This document shows, piece by piece, positions 10,694 through 21,377 of a stretch of 64,000 nucleotides of DNA (position 1 is its first letter; each line of letters begins with the position of its first letter). The DNA comes from Abditibacteriaceae bacterium (lineage in GTDB: Bacteria > Armatimonadota > Abditibacteriia > Abditibacteriales > Abditibacteriaceae): assembly GCA_965277285.1 (NCBI GenBank), contig OZ255721.1, forward strand, positions 3,744,001-3,808,000. The letters run 5' to 3'. A program made the position numbers and the translations under genes. The notes beneath the pieces are model-generated. The model was given only the letters and a program-made list of their open reading frames with translations, searched no databases and was not told the DNA's origin.

Positions 10694-11959
10694 ATGCTCT
10701 TTTTTCAACGCTTCGCACGGCCTCGATTTGCTCGACTTTTCCATTGCAGTTTTCTTCTGTTAATTTTCGGTTCGGTTTTTTCTCCCGTTCACGCCGATTC
10801 TTCAACGACAAATTTGGCGAATGCAGTTTCTTCGACCGTAACTTCGCAAGAGTTTTCGCTGCCCAGTCAGTCGCCGAGCGGTGACGCTGTTGATGATCGC
10901 ATCTGGTTTACCTGGTACGAACCGGCGGACGTGCAGGCAAATGGGCAAAGCCGCATTCCTGCTGTTATATTGCTGCACTATCTGGGCACGACCAACAACC
11001 GCGAAATGGAAAAATTCGGGCGTTACCTCGCCGGACGTGGCATCGCAGCCGCCGTGATGACGCTGCCATTTCACATGAAGCGCTTGCCGCCTGGCGATAG
11101 CGCCGCGCGACATTATTTTGCGTCCAGCCCCGATGTCGGCGTGCAGGCATTCCGTCAGGCGTCTTCCGATGTTTCAACGGTTATAACGTGGATGTTGTGT
11201 CATCCTGAAATCGACCCACAGCGCGTTGGCATTGCGGGAATTAGTTTAGGCGCGATTGTGACGCACCTGGCGATGGGGCAAGACGAACGCTTGAGCGCTG
11301 GTGTCGCCATGCTGGGCGCGGGCGACTTGCCGGAAATTTATCGTCACAGCGTTGTCGGACGCTTGTTTTTCCACACCAACCCCAAACTCCTCAATGCCGC
11401 AGCCATCGCCAAAGTGCGCGAAATCGATCCTTTGACTTATGCGAATCGCAATCGGCCTCGTCATGTGTTGATGATTGAGGCGGCGCGCGATTCGTTCATT
11501 CCACGTCGTGCGGCAGAAAATACCTGGAATGCGCTTGGTCGTCCGCCGATTCAGTGGATCGACACCAATCATCCGGCGCTGTCGCTGGTGCCAAGTCAAG
11601 CGATGCGAACCACGACCGCTTACCTCGAAAGTGTGTGGAATGGTTCTGCGAACGATTCCAACGGCGCATCGAGTACTCGAAACGATTTGCAAAATGTGCC
11701 GAAACTGCGCGTCCCAACGATTACGACCGGCGTCATTTTTGGGCTGGATTCTGTCGTTACACCCGCTGTTCAATGGCAGGCTTTTTCGCTGGGAACGCGC
11801 AACCACATAGCGCTGCTACACGCTGATCTGGGATTGAGCGGGCGCGGCCCATTTGTCGGTTTGGCCGCGACGGTCAATGAATACGCCGATATTGGGCTGG
11901 GGCGCCGCTTCGCCGGACACGACATCAAACCTTACGTTTCGCTGCACATCGCGTTTTGA
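10694..11959 (+). CDS. Exported alpha/beta hydrolase
   Basis: Signal-like N-terminus, GISLG nucleophile elbow after DPQRVGI, candidate catalytic Asp (RDSFIP) and His (TNH). Confidence 0.8.
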   Translation: MLFFQRFARPRFARLFHCSFLLLIFGSVFSPVHADSSTTNLANAVSSTVTSQEFSLPSQSPSGDAVDDRIWFTWYEPADVQANGQSRIPAVILLHYLGTTNNREMEKFGRYLAGRGIAAAVMTLPFHMKRLPPGDSAARHYFASSPDVGVQAFRQASSDVSTVITWMLCHPEIDPQRVGIAGISLGAIVTHLAMGQDERLSAGVAMLGAGDLPEIYRHSVVGRLFFHTNPKLLNAAAIAKVREIDPLTYANRNRPRHVLMIEAARDSFIPRRAAENTWNALGRPPIQWIDTNHPALSLVPSQAMRTTTAYLESVWNGSANDSNGASSTRNDLQNVPKLRVPTITTGVIFGLDSVVTPAVQWQAFSLGTRNHIALLHADLGLSGRGPFVGLAATVNEYADIGLGRRFAGHDIKPYVSLHIAF

Positions 11960-11961
11960 AG

Positions 11962-12050
11962 AAGAACCGCCAAGACGCCAAGAGAAAGAGACGTTGAGTA
12001 CTCGATCTAAAACTCTTTCTCTTGGCGTTCTTGGCGTCTTGGCGGTTCTT
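11962..12050. repeat. Inverted repeat of AACCGCCAAGACGCCAAG type between convergent genes, with a motif variant in the loop
   Basis: AAGAACCGCCAAGACGCCAAGAG...CTTGGCGTCTTGGCGGTTCTT. Confidence 0.8.
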
Positions 12051-13820
12051 TTATTTCGCGGCTTTTCGCGTTTTTCGCGGGCTGCTTTTAGGCGCCGCAC
12101 CGTTTCGAGTACTCGATGTGTCGCCAACTCCATTCAAAAGTTCGCGGGCGTGGCGCAGGTTGGCTTCGCTTTCGTGACCCATCATGCGCGCCATTTCCCG
12201 CACGCGATCTTCGCCTTCCATTGGAATCACACTGACGCGCGTTTGCTCCTCGTCACTTTCCTTGAGCACGCGATATTGATGATCGGCGCGCCGCGCGATT
12301 TGCGGCAAGTGCGTCACGCAAAACACCTGGAAACCGCGCGCCAATTCGCGCATTTTTTCGCCAACGGCTTCGGCTGTGACGCCGCCGATTCCCGTGTCCA
12401 CTTCGTCGAAAATGAGAACCGGAATCACGCCGCTTGCGGGTTCGTCGTTGGTGGGCGCGAACAAAGCCGAGCGCAGCGACAACATAACGCGCGAGATTTC
12501 GCCGCCCGACGCGATGCGCGCCAGAGGACGCAAAGGCGTGCCAGGATTGGCGGAAAACAAAAACTCGACCTTGTCAACTCCATCGGCAGAACCGCTTTCG
12601 TCGCGCTCGAAGCCGACTTGAAAGCGCGTTTTCTCCATCGCCAAAGTCTTGAGATGCGCGACGACGCCATCCTCAAAACTCTTCGCCAAAGTCTTGCGCG
12701 ACTGCGACAACTTTTCGGATTCCGTCTCGAATTTCTGGTGCAGTTTGTCGGCTTCACCGCGCAAAAGTTCGAGTTCGCCTTCGGAAATGTTCAAGCCGGA
12801 AAGCTCTTCTTCAATCCGCGCGCGATATTCGAGTACTCGATCCAGGCTGTCGCCATATTTGCGCTTCAAGCGGTTCAATCGCTGCAAGCGCGCTTCGATT
12901 TCATCCAATCGCAAAGGATCGGCGTCAAGCGAATCGGCGTAAGCGCGCGCCTGCGCCGCCGCATCTTCTATCTCATAGATTGCGCTTTGCAATTCTGCTG
13001 TCCATTCACTAACGCTGCCGTCCACGTTTTCGATTTCACGCGCCGCTTTGAGTGCGAAATTAAGCAATGTTGTGGCGCCCGCTTCTTCGCCGCCCAGCAA
13101 TGCGTCGCGGCAACGGGCCGCTGCGTCGCGCAGTTTTTCGGCGTTCATCAAGCGCGCACGTTCGTCCTGCAATTGTTCGTCTTCGCCTTTTTCCGGCGCG
13201 ATGCCGTCAATTTCCTGCGCTTGAAAACTCAACATATCCAAACGCTGCGCGCGGTTTTGCTCGCTGGAAGACAGTTCGTGCAAGCGTTTCTGGCTGGCGC
13301 GCCAATTCGAGTACTCGATTCGGACTTTTTCGCGCAGATTCTGATGTTCTTTGTCGCCAAACTGGTCGAGAAACCCCCGATGCGTTTCGGGTCGCAACAA
13401 AACCTGATGATCGTGCTGGCCGTGCAAATCGACCAGCAAATTGCCCAGATCACGTAATGTCGAGGCATTCGCCAATTGTCCATTAATACGAATGCGGCTG
13501 CGCCCATCGCTGGAAACTTCGCGCGCGATGACGAGTTCTGGGTCATCTGCAGGAAAATCGTTGTCGCGCAAAAATTGGTGTGCCAAAGGCGCGCGAGAAA
13601 GGTCGAAAGCGCCTTCGACACGCGCGCGACGAACGCCGTTGTCTTCGATTTTGCCGACCTGATCGGACGTCGAACGCTCGCCGACGAGCAAGCCCAGCGC
13701 GTGAATCAGGATCGATTTTCCGGCGCCCGTTTCGCCTGTCAGGACGTTGAGGCCAGCGCCAAATTGCACTTCGGCGCGTTCGATGAGCGCCAGATTTTGA
13801 ATGCGAAGTTCAAGCAGCAT
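12051..13820 (-). CDS. recN: DNA repair protein RecN
   Basis: LTGETGAGKS, LHGQHD, ASGGEISR, FDEVDTG, VTHLPQIA. Confidence 0.97.
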   Translation of the reverse strand: MLLELRIQNLALIERAEVQFGAGLNVLTGETGAGKSILIHALGLLVGERSTSDQVGKIEDNGVRRARVEGAFDLSRAPLAHQFLRDNDFPADDPELVIAREVSSDGRSRIRINGQLANASTLRDLGNLLVDLHGQHDHQVLLRPETHRGFLDQFGDKEHQNLREKVRIEYSNWRASQKRLHELSSSEQNRAQRLDMLSFQAQEIDGIAPEKGEDEQLQDERARLMNAEKLRDAAARCRDALLGGEEAGATTLLNFALKAAREIENVDGSVSEWTAELQSAIYEIEDAAAQARAYADSLDADPLRLDEIEARLQRLNRLKRKYGDSLDRVLEYRARIEEELSGLNISEGELELLRGEADKLHQKFETESEKLSQSRKTLAKSFEDGVVAHLKTLAMEKTRFQVGFERDESGSADGVDKVEFLFSANPGTPLRPLARIASGGEISRVMLSLRSALFAPTNDEPASGVIPVLIFDEVDTGIGGVTAEAVGEKMRELARGFQVFCVTHLPQIARRADHQYRVLKESDEEQTRVSVIPMEGEDRVREMARMMGHESEANLRHARELLNGVGDTSSTRNGAAPKSSPRKTRKAAK

Positions 13821-13843
13821 AACAAACTTTATTTGACACCAGC

Positions 13844-15037
13844 TTACCGTATTAACGAGATGCGGAAGAGGCAAACGGTGAAGGCACAGAATAAAAAAAT
13901 GGAGCGTGTTCGCAGGGATGCAGCCATCACGATAAGCGCACCCAAAATATAAATTTCGGAAAAGGCGCGGATGAAATGGATATCGCGTATCAATACTTCA
14001 TTGCTGAGCGAGACGAAGAGCAAGGCGCAGAGAAACCAGGCCCACTTGATTTCGCGCGAAATTGTTGAACGCCGTTGTTGCCAAGAAACAGCAAGAACGA
14101 AGAACAGACAAAGCCATAATTCAGGCGTGGTGATCTCGATACGTCCCTGAGACACGAACGGGGAGAAGAGCACAGGCAGAAGTGTTTGAAACGGCAGGCC
14201 CAGGTTATGCCCACCTACCCGAACAGGGAAAACACCCCACACATTTTTCAAGATGATCTGAACCGCCGCATAAACGGCCAGTGGGGCGAACAAAGTAAGT
14301 TTTTGAGGATTAAGCGCGCGCCGTTTGAGGATATCAGGGGCATTCAGAGACAGGACTGCTGCAAAGATAATCGGGAGTGAGGTTTCCTTCGCCAGAACTG
14401 AGAGCGAAAGGACGAGAGAAGCCGCAATCCAGCGCTGACGTTGTACAAGATATAAACCCAGCAAGACGCAGGCGATCTCGACAATTTCCGTCAAATCGCT
14501 GAGGAAAGAAAACATAAAGCCAAGATGCATAATGCATAAAACGCCCCAGAACGCGTGTTTCCCCAACTCCTTAGCCCAGCATCCGCCAAGAAAACCGATC
14601 AAGCAAAAAGCCAGGACGTTGATTCCAATGAGAACGAGAGGAAGAGCCGCAGCTTGTCCGAAGGAAAGACACCAGGCCAGTAAAGGATAAAGAATACGCT
14701 GCTGACGATACGGCGGATTATCCAGAGTAATGCCATAAGCCGTTCGAGTACTCGAAAATGGATTAAGCGCCAGGCGATAATAAAATTGCCCATCATTACC
14801 AGCAGCCTTGGGAGCGATCGGAAAGCTCTCACCTAAAACGTTCTTGTCTGACCAAAGTGAACCGGCGACAATGAACTGGCGCGCATCCATGTTGCGGCGT
14901 GAAAAAACCCACCCCCCTAATAAAAATGCGAATAGGAGAGCAATGAACGCTGGCAGCAAAGGTGTATTAAGTTTGTGAAGCAAAGCGGCATCGCGGCTAC
15001 TACGTTTGGCGATTGCGGCATTGGAACTGTTTGTCAT
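13844..15037 (-). CDS. Polytopic membrane protein, possible GT-C type glycosyltransferase
   Basis: DGQFYY, YRQQRILYPLL, LAKET; many TM helices; downstream of a GT2 gene. Confidence 0.6.
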   Translation of the reverse strand: MTNSSNAAIAKRSSRDAALLHKLNTPLLPAFIALLFAFLLGGWVFSRRNMDARQFIVAGSLWSDKNVLGESFPIAPKAAGNDGQFYYRLALNPFSSTRTAYGITLDNPPYRQQRILYPLLAWCLSFGQAAALPLVLIGINVLAFCLIGFLGGCWAKELGKHAFWGVLCIMHLGFMFSFLSDLTEIVEIACVLLGLYLVQRQRWIAASLVLSLSVLAKETSLPIIFAAVLSLNAPDILKRRALNPQKLTLFAPLAVYAAVQIILKNVWGVFPVRVGGHNLGLPFQTLLPVLFSPFVSQGRIEITTPELWLCLFFVLAVSWQQRRSTISREIKWAWFLCALLFVSLSNEVLIRDIHFIRAFSEIYILGALIVMAASLRTRSIFLFCAFTVCLFRISLIR

Positions 15038-15064
15038 GGCGTGTTATCTTTGCGCAACGCTTCT

Positions 15065-15772
15065 TCATTTTGTGTGACTGTCAATCGCTCTTGAGGTGTT
15101 GTATTTAAGGATGCACCAGACTGCACGCACGCCGTCGCGCCAGCCGATTTTCTTCCCTTCTTTATAATTTCTTCCGTGATAAGAAATGCCGATCTCGTAA
15201 ATGCGACATTCCATTTGCGCGACCTTGGCGGTGATTTCCGGTTCAAATCCGAAACGCTCTTCTTCAATTGTGATGCTTTGAATAATCTCGCGGCGAAACG
15301 CTTTGTAACACGTTTCCATGTCGGTCAGGTTGAGATTGGTGAAAGCGTTGGATAACGTTGTCAGAAAACGATTCCCCAGAAAATGCCAGAAAAACAGCAC
15401 TCGATGAGGCCCGTCTCCCGTGAAGCGCGAACCATAAACTACATCCGCGTCACCCTCTAAAAACGGTTGAAGTAGCTTCGCATACTCGCGCGGATCATAT
15501 TCCAAATCGGCGTCTTGAATCAAAACGATATCGCCCTGCGCCTGCGCGATTCCCGTGCGAAGCGCTGCGCCTTTGCCGCGATTTTGTTGATGCAGGAAAG
15601 CGCGCACATTGGGAAGTTTGACCAAGTCCTGCAGCTTGTCGCGCGTGCCATCGGTTGAGCCGTCATCGACAAGAATAATTTCTGTGTCGAAAGGCGTCGC
15701 GCGAATACGTCGCACAATCTCTTCCACCGTTTGAACTTCATTATAAACCGGCACTATCACCGAAACTTTCAC
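15065..15772 (-). CDS. GT2 glycosyltransferase (polyprenol-phosphate sugar synthase-like)
   Basis: [35 protein letters not shown]. Confidence 0.92.
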   Translation of the reverse strand: MKVSVIVPVYNEVQTVEEIVRRIRATPFDTEIILVDDGSTDGTRDKLQDLVKLPNVRAFLHQQNRGKGAALRTGIAQAQGDIVLIQDADLEYDPREYAKLLQPFLEGDADVVYGSRFTGDGPHRVLFFWHFLGNRFLTTLSNAFTNLNLTDMETCYKAFRREIIQSITIEEERFGFEPEITAKVAQMECRIYEIGISYHGRNYKEGKKIGWRDGVRAVWCILKYNTSRAIDSHTK

Positions 15773-15954
15773 GCGCAGCCTTTTAATTGATTTCGCAAAT
15801 TTTCAATACTCGAAAGCACCGTTCAACACTTTTCTCTATTGTCTAACGGCATAGCCTACAAGTCGTTCGATCGCGACGGAGTATATAATCTTTGTTACGT
15901 CTCTATTGCAGAACTTCGCCATCATTCCTGTTTTTATCTCGCTCCAGTGTTCCG

Positions 15955-16290
15955 TCATCTTTCGGGATCAGTGATATTGACCCAGCGTCCCCACTCGGAA
16001 ACTTTCGGCGACGCTTTCAGCGTGATGCCGAATGTGTGCAAAGCGGCTAAAACACTGTTGAGAGAATCAACTGTGAAACCTGGCATCGTCGCGCCTGCCG
16101 CTTTGGATTCGCCTGGCGCGCCAGCTTTTGCCGGATAAATTTCGAGAACGTAATGTTGCAAATCACAGGAAAAATGCACTGGGCCGGAACCGTGTTGTTC
16201 TTGAACGAAGACGCAGCCGAGAGCGCGATAAAACCGCAAAGTCGCTTCGATGTCGGCGGCGCGCAAGACGAGCAAAGAAAGCGAAAGCAT
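15955..16290 (-). CDS. VOC/glyoxalase family protein, possibly C-terminally shortened
   Basis: LLVLRAADIE..FYRALG..EQHGSGPVH..EIYP..WG..DP; the usual final G..VEL strand is missing. Confidence 0.75.
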   Translation of the reverse strand: MLSLSLLVLRAADIEATLRFYRALGCVFVQEQHGSGPVHFSCDLQHYVLEIYPAKAGAPGESKAAGATMPGFTVDSLNSVLAALHTFGITLKASPKVSEWGRWVNITDPER

Positions 16291-16335
16291 TTTTATATCG
16301 AGTACTCGAAGCTGTAATGGTCTGTTATCAACCCA

Positions 16336-16406
16336 CAGAACCCCAAGCGTGAGCGCGGGGCTGAACTTACAGTTACTTTAGCCCCGCGCTCACGCTTGGG
16401 GTTCTG
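16336..16406. repeat. REP-like doublet, AACCC(C/G)AAGCGT(G/A)AGCG family
   Basis: 27-bp perfect inverted arms 16336-16362 and 16380-16406. Confidence 0.85.
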
Positions 16407-16413
16407 CAAAAAC

Positions 16414-17328
16414 TCAATGTCCCCAGCGCATTTTTTCGCGCAGGCGGGCGTAAAAGCTGTCGTTGGGTGAGCGCAAAAGGCGCGTGACAATGGGAGCGCG
16501 ACGGATGCGCACGCGGTCGCCGCTTTTGAGTTGAACGCCGACTTGTCCATCGACTGTCAGCATCGCTTCGATTTCCGCATTGGACACTTCTTCTCCGCGC
16601 CATTGCGCCAGAACTTCAATTGTTTCGTGAGCGCCGACAACCAGAGGCCGTTGAGTTAAAGAATGCGCGCAAATTGGACAAATCAGGAAAATGGGCGCGT
16701 CCGGCGTTGTAATCGGGCCGCCAGCGGAAAGCGCGTAAGCCGTCGAGCCGGTTGGCGTGGAAATCACCAGGCCATCGGAGCGCACTTCGGCGACCAGTTC
16801 GCCCTCGACATAAATCGAAAGTTCGAGGATGCGCGCCAACGCGCTTTTGGCGACAACGGCATCGTTTAAGCCGATGATGCGCTCGCTGGTTGGCGCGTCC
16901 AGGCCAGCTGTAGGTTTTCCCGTACTGAAAGGCGCGCCTTCGCGCAGAACTTGCGCTTCCAACATGGTGCGCTCTTCCACCAGAAATTCGTCGCGCAAAA
17001 GCTGCTCGAAGGCCGTGTCCAAATCTTCCGGCCTGACGGTGGAAAGAAACCCCAGGCGTCCCAAATCGACGGCTAAAATTGGTGTTCCGTGAGGTGCCGC
17101 AGCGCGCGCCGCTGACAGAACGCCGCCATCGCCGGACAAGACGACGACGGCTTCGCAGCGCGCGACTTTGTCGTCATCGCCCGCTAAATCGGCACGATTG
17201 ATGGACGCCGCGCATGATTCTTCAATGCACACGCGCAATCCGCGCGCTTCGGCGAGTTGCACTAATCGCGCGGCCAGTTCCCACGCTTGAGGCTTGAACG
17301 GCGCCGCGAAAATTCCAATTGAACGCAT
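16414..17328 (-). CDS. nadK: NAD kinase
   Basis: SGDGG, GRLGFL, LND, DGLVISTPTGSTAYALSAGGP, VDGQ. Confidence 0.95.
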   Translation of the reverse strand: MRSIGIFAAPFKPQAWELAARLVQLAEARGLRVCIEESCAASINRADLAGDDDKVARCEAVVVLSGDGGVLSAARAAAPHGTPILAVDLGRLGFLSTVRPEDLDTAFEQLLRDEFLVEERTMLEAQVLREGAPFSTGKPTAGLDAPTSERIIGLNDAVVAKSALARILELSIYVEGELVAEVRSDGLVISTPTGSTAYALSAGGPITTPDAPIFLICPICAHSLTQRPLVVGAHETIEVLAQWRGEEVSNAEIEAMLTVDGQVGVQLKSGDRVRIRRAPIVTRLLRSPNDSFYARLREKMRWGH

Positions 17329-17337
17329 GAGAGAAAG

Positions 17338-17365
17338 GATGAAGGATGAGAGATGAAGGATGAAA
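17338..17365. repeat. Short GATGAAG-type heptamer repeat
   Basis: GATGAAGGATGAGAGATGAAGGATGAAA; a reverse-complement relative lies at about 60530-60561. Confidence 0.7.
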
Positions 17366-17421
17366 TCGAGTACTCGAACGCCGTTACTCGTCCCTCATTC
17401 CTTCCACCACGTGCCTTGCTA

Positions 17422-19236
17422 TTATCCGACGACGGTTGTCGCTAAAAGGCGGTCGCGGTTGTTTTTGGCGTCGGTGTAATCAGGTTGAAGTTCGATGGCG
17501 CGCTTGTAAGCGGCGAGCGCTGCCGGTTTGTTTTTCATCGCTTCGAGCACAACACCCCGATTATTATACGCGACTGAGTTCTTCGGGTCGCGCGCGATGA
17601 TCGCGTCGTAAACTTTCAATGCCTCATCGTATTCGTGCGTATTGTAAAGCGCCAAACCGAGATTGATCTGCGCCGCGAGGTTGTTCGGGTTTTGCTTGAG
17701 CAAATCGCGGTATTGCTGCGCGGCATCGGCGAAGGCACCACTTTTGAGATAGTTTTCTGCCAGGGCCGCGCGCGCTGCCGCCAATCGTGTCGTCAAGTCA
17801 GTGCGCCGCGCGACATCCGAAGGCGCTTCGCCTTTCGATCCAAGCGCTGGTAAAGCACGAATTTGGCGAGTGGCAACGCCGATCATCACGCGCCATTGCG
17901 CTGCAGCGCCGGGCAAATCGGCTTTCTGCGTCAAGGCCAGAGCCAGGTTGTTGCGCGCGTCAATTGAATCGGCGTCGCCTTTCAGAGCTGTTTGGAATTG
18001 TGCAATCGCGTCGTCCAAACGGTTGCGTTTGAGATAAATGCGCCCGACGTTGTTGGCAATCGAAGGATCGTCCGGCTGAATTTCCGCGGCTTGCGCGTAA
18101 GTTTTCAAGGCGTCGTCGAAACGCGCGCCGTAATCATACGATAAAGCTAAATTGAACAAGCCGTTGAAATCCTTCGGCTGCAACGCGACGCCTTGCGCCA
18201 GCATTTTCTGTGCTTCAACCCAGCGCTTTTTCTGCAACAAAATCGTGCCCAGTTGCAGGTAAGCGGGCGCCGCCTGCGGATTCAAAGCCATCGCCTGGCG
18301 TAACGCCAACGCCGCCGCATCGGTGCGACCTTTGACGGTGCCCGCCGGGTCGGAGCGCAGCAAAACTGTTCCCAAATGCAAGGGATACGCATAGTTTTTC
18401 GCGTCGAGCGTTTGCGCCTGCCGATAATTTTCAATTGCTTTCGCCCAATTCGCCGCGCCTTCGTAGGCTTGTCCCAGACCGTCGTACAGCGTCGCATCTT
18501 TGGGCGATTGCGCGATCAGTTGCGCGAAATGCGGAACCGCATCGCTTTCCTTGCCGCGCGCCAGCAGCGCAAACGCGAGATTGTAGCGCGCATCGTTGTA
18601 AGCCGGATCGAGTTCGACCGCGCGACTATAAGCTGTCAGTGCACTCGAGTACTCGTTCTTATTCCACAACGCCAGACCGATATAATTTTGAACTTGCGCG
18701 TGCGCGTGCGCATCGAGTTGAACACCCAGACTTTCCGCCGCATTGAGTGTTGTCAGCGCGTCGGCGGTGCGGTTTTGCAGCAAATACGTGTAGCCCAGCA
18801 GCATTTGCGACATCGCATCGTCCGGCGCCAATTTGGTCGCGTGTTCCAAGTAGGCCGCCGCTTCCGGCAAATTGTTCTTCTTGATCGCCGCCAAACCGTT
18901 GTTGTAGGCGCGCGTCACTTCGCGCATTTTTTCGCCCGTATCGTCCGGCGTCGGCGTCGCGGCGGGTGTTGCGTTTGGCGTCGCCGTCGGTGTTGCGACA
19001 GGCGTTGGCATCGCTTGTGGCGTGACTGTTATCGGTCCAGTAGTCGAATTAGGCGTCGCCGTCGCAATAGGCGTGGCTGCTGCTGTTGGCGTTGCCGTCG
19101 CAACTGGAGTCGGCGTGGCGGTTGGTGTGGCGCTTGGCGTCGCCATCGGCATTGCAGTCTGAGCGTGCAAGGCGCCGCTTAAAGCGAGAAGGGCGAGCGG
19201 CGCGGAGAGGAATCGCGGGAAGGTCAAAGTTTTCAT
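17422..19236 (-). CDS. Exported TPR-repeat protein with Thr/Pro/Ala-rich linker
   Basis: Signal peptide, ATPT repeats, many TPR motifs (AYNNRG..A..Y..A.EL.P). Confidence 0.9.
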   Translation of the reverse strand: MKTLTFPRFLSAPLALLALSGALHAQTAMPMATPSATPTATPTPVATATPTAAATPIATATPNSTTGPITVTPQAMPTPVATPTATPNATPAATPTPDDTGEKMREVTRAYNNGLAAIKKNNLPEAAAYLEHATKLAPDDAMSQMLLGYTYLLQNRTADALTTLNAAESLGVQLDAHAHAQVQNYIGLALWNKNEYSSALTAYSRAVELDPAYNDARYNLAFALLARGKESDAVPHFAQLIAQSPKDATLYDGLGQAYEGAANWAKAIENYRQAQTLDAKNYAYPLHLGTVLLRSDPAGTVKGRTDAAALALRQAMALNPQAAPAYLQLGTILLQKKRWVEAQKMLAQGVALQPKDFNGLFNLALSYDYGARFDDALKTYAQAAEIQPDDPSIANNVGRIYLKRNRLDDAIAQFQTALKGDADSIDARNNLALALTQKADLPGAAAQWRVMIGVATRQIRALPALGSKGEAPSDVARRTDLTTRLAAARAALAENYLKSGAFADAAQQYRDLLKQNPNNLAAQINLGLALYNTHEYDEALKVYDAIIARDPKNSVAYNNRGVVLEAMKNKPAALAAYKRAIELQPDYTDAKNNRDRLLATTVVG

Positions 19237-19238
19237 AA

Positions 19239-21203
19239 TCAGGCGGACGATGCTTGGACGACGGGTTGTTTTTTGGACGTTTTGACGGCGGGCGCGGGCA
19301 AATGGCGGCGCATCGTATAAAGCAAACCGTCTTTGTCCAATCCCAGTTCACGGCGCTGGATTTTCGGATGCGCGTGATGAATAAACTCATCGGGAATACC
19401 GACCAATGTCACGCCGACTTCGTGCAAGCCTTCGCGCTGCAACAATTCGAGTATTGCACTGCCAAAACCGCCTTGCACGGCGTTTTCTTCAATCGTCATC
19501 AAGTGACCCGAGCGGCGCGCGACTTCGCAAATCAATTCTTCGTCCAAAGGCTTGACAAAGCGCGCATTGACGACGCCAACTTTGCGACCTTCTTCTCTTA
19601 ACACATCCGCCGCTTGCAGCGCGACATTGACGCAATGTCCAATGGCGATAATGCCTAATTCAAGGTGGCCTTCTTCGCCGCGCAAAATCTCGCCTTTGCC
19701 AATTTGCATCGGTTCGAGCGGCGCATCCAAAGCCACGCCGACGCCATTTCCGCGCGGATAACGAACCGCTGCCGGGCCGTTCAGATTGACGCAGGTCGCC
19801 AGCATTTGCCGCAGTTCGGCTTCGTCTTTGGGCGCCATCACCGTCATGTGCGGAATGTGGCGCAGGTAGCTCAAGTCGAAAACGCCCTGATGCGTCGCGC
19901 CATCTTCGCCGACAATGCCGCCTCTATCCAGCGCGAACGTGACCGGCAAACCTTCGCGCACCTGACACACATCGTGAATGATCTGGTCGTAAGCGCGCTG
20001 CATAAACGTCGAATAAATGGCGACAACCGGACGCAAACCGCCCAACGCCAGCCCGCTCGCAAACGTCACGGCGTGTTCTTCGATCATGCCGACATCGAAG
20101 CCGCGCGTCGGGAACTTCTCGATAAATTTGTCAATGCCAGTTCCGCCTGGCATCGCGGCTGTGATAGCAACGATGCGGTCATCTTTTTCGGCGAGTTCAA
20201 TTAATGTATCGGAAAAAACCTGCGTATAAGACGGCGGCGCGGGCACGTTTTGAGTACTCGATTCATCTTTGGGCAGCACTTTGAAATCGGCGGGCGACGC
20301 GGCGTGCCACTTAATTTGGCCTCCAGCAGCTTCGGCTTTTTCGTAACCTTTGCCCTTCGTTGTGACGGCGTGAATGAGAACAGGGCCACCTATCGCACGC
20401 GCTGTTTTAAGCGCTTCGACCAGTTCCGGCAGCGAATGGCCGTTAATCGGGCCGAGATAATGGTAGCCCAATTCTTCAAACCAAAGCCCGGGAACCACCA
20501 TCGAGCGCACGCTGGCGCGCATCTTTTGTCCCGCCTCGATGACAAGCTCGCCGCCCGGCAATCTCTTGAACACTTCTTCCAAACTTTGGCGCGTGTGACG
20601 ATAAACCGGATCGGTGCGCACGCGACGAAGATAACGCGCCAGACTGGAATAATTGTGCGAAATTCCCATCTCGTTATCGTTCAGCAAAACGATCAAATCG
20701 CTGCCCAGATGTCCAGCCTGATGCAAGCCCTCCAACGCTAAACCGCCGACGAGCGAACCATCGCCAATGACGGCGACAACAGTTTCATCGGTGCCTTTCT
20801 TGCCGCGCAGGTCGCGCGCGACAGCGTAACCGAGAGCAGCAGAAATCGAAGTCGAGCCGTGGCCAGGATTGGTCGTATCGTGCTCGCTTTCCTCGACGCG
20901 CGGAAAGGGCGCGATGCCTTTGTGCTGGCGCAAGGTGGGAAATTGGTCGCGGCGTCCGGTCAGGATTTTGTGCGCATACGCTTGATAACCGACATCCCAG
21001 ACGATTTTGTCTTTGGGCGAATCGAGCACATAGTGCAGCGCGACGCACAGTTCGACGGCGCCCAGAGGCCCACCAAAATGTCCGCCGTTTTCCGAAATGG
21101 TATGAATAATGTGGCGGCGCAGCTCGGCGGAAACGTCGGGAAGTTGGCTCATGTTGAGGCGCTTCAAATCCGTCGGGCTGTTGATATGTTCCAAAAGTGC
21201 CAT
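19239..21203 (-). CDS. dxs: 1-deoxy-D-xylulose-5-phosphate synthase
   Basis: WDVGYQAYAHKILTGR, GDG..LNDN, KGKGY, AIYSTFMQRAYDQ, DGATHQG. Confidence 0.97.
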   Translation of the reverse strand: MALLEHINSPTDLKRLNMSQLPDVSAELRRHIIHTISENGGHFGGPLGAVELCVALHYVLDSPKDKIVWDVGYQAYAHKILTGRRDQFPTLRQHKGIAPFPRVEESEHDTTNPGHGSTSISAALGYAVARDLRGKKGTDETVVAVIGDGSLVGGLALEGLHQAGHLGSDLIVLLNDNEMGISHNYSSLARYLRRVRTDPVYRHTRQSLEEVFKRLPGGELVIEAGQKMRASVRSMVVPGLWFEELGYHYLGPINGHSLPELVEALKTARAIGGPVLIHAVTTKGKGYEKAEAAGGQIKWHAASPADFKVLPKDESSTQNVPAPPSYTQVFSDTLIELAEKDDRIVAITAAMPGGTGIDKFIEKFPTRGFDVGMIEEHAVTFASGLALGGLRPVVAIYSTFMQRAYDQIIHDVCQVREGLPVTFALDRGGIVGEDGATHQGVFDLSYLRHIPHMTVMAPKDEAELRQMLATCVNLNGPAAVRYPRGNGVGVALDAPLEPMQIGKGEILRGEEGHLELGIIAIGHCVNVALQAADVLREEGRKVGVVNARFVKPLDEELICEVARRSGHLMTIEENAVQGGFGSAILELLQREGLHEVGVTLVGIPDEFIHHAHPKIQRRELGLDKDGLLYTMRRHLPAPAVKTSKKQPVVQASSA

Positions 21204-21295
21204 TGTTGCTCCAAGGGTAAAACCGCTGCATCGAGTACTCGAAATCAAGTTTCGTGGTGCCGCATGAATGCTTTCGTTTGTCGAAAGATGAATAA

Positions 21296-21360
21296 CGAAC
21301 CCGAAGCGTGAGCGAGGGAGATAGATTTGAATAATCTCCCTCGCTCACGCTTCGGGTTCG
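21296..21360. repeat. REP-like doublet, AACCCGAAGCGTGAGCGAGGG family
   Basis: 27-bp perfect inverted arms 21296-21322 and 21334-21360. Confidence 0.85.
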
Positions 21361-21377
21361 CCGGCTTAAACGGATTG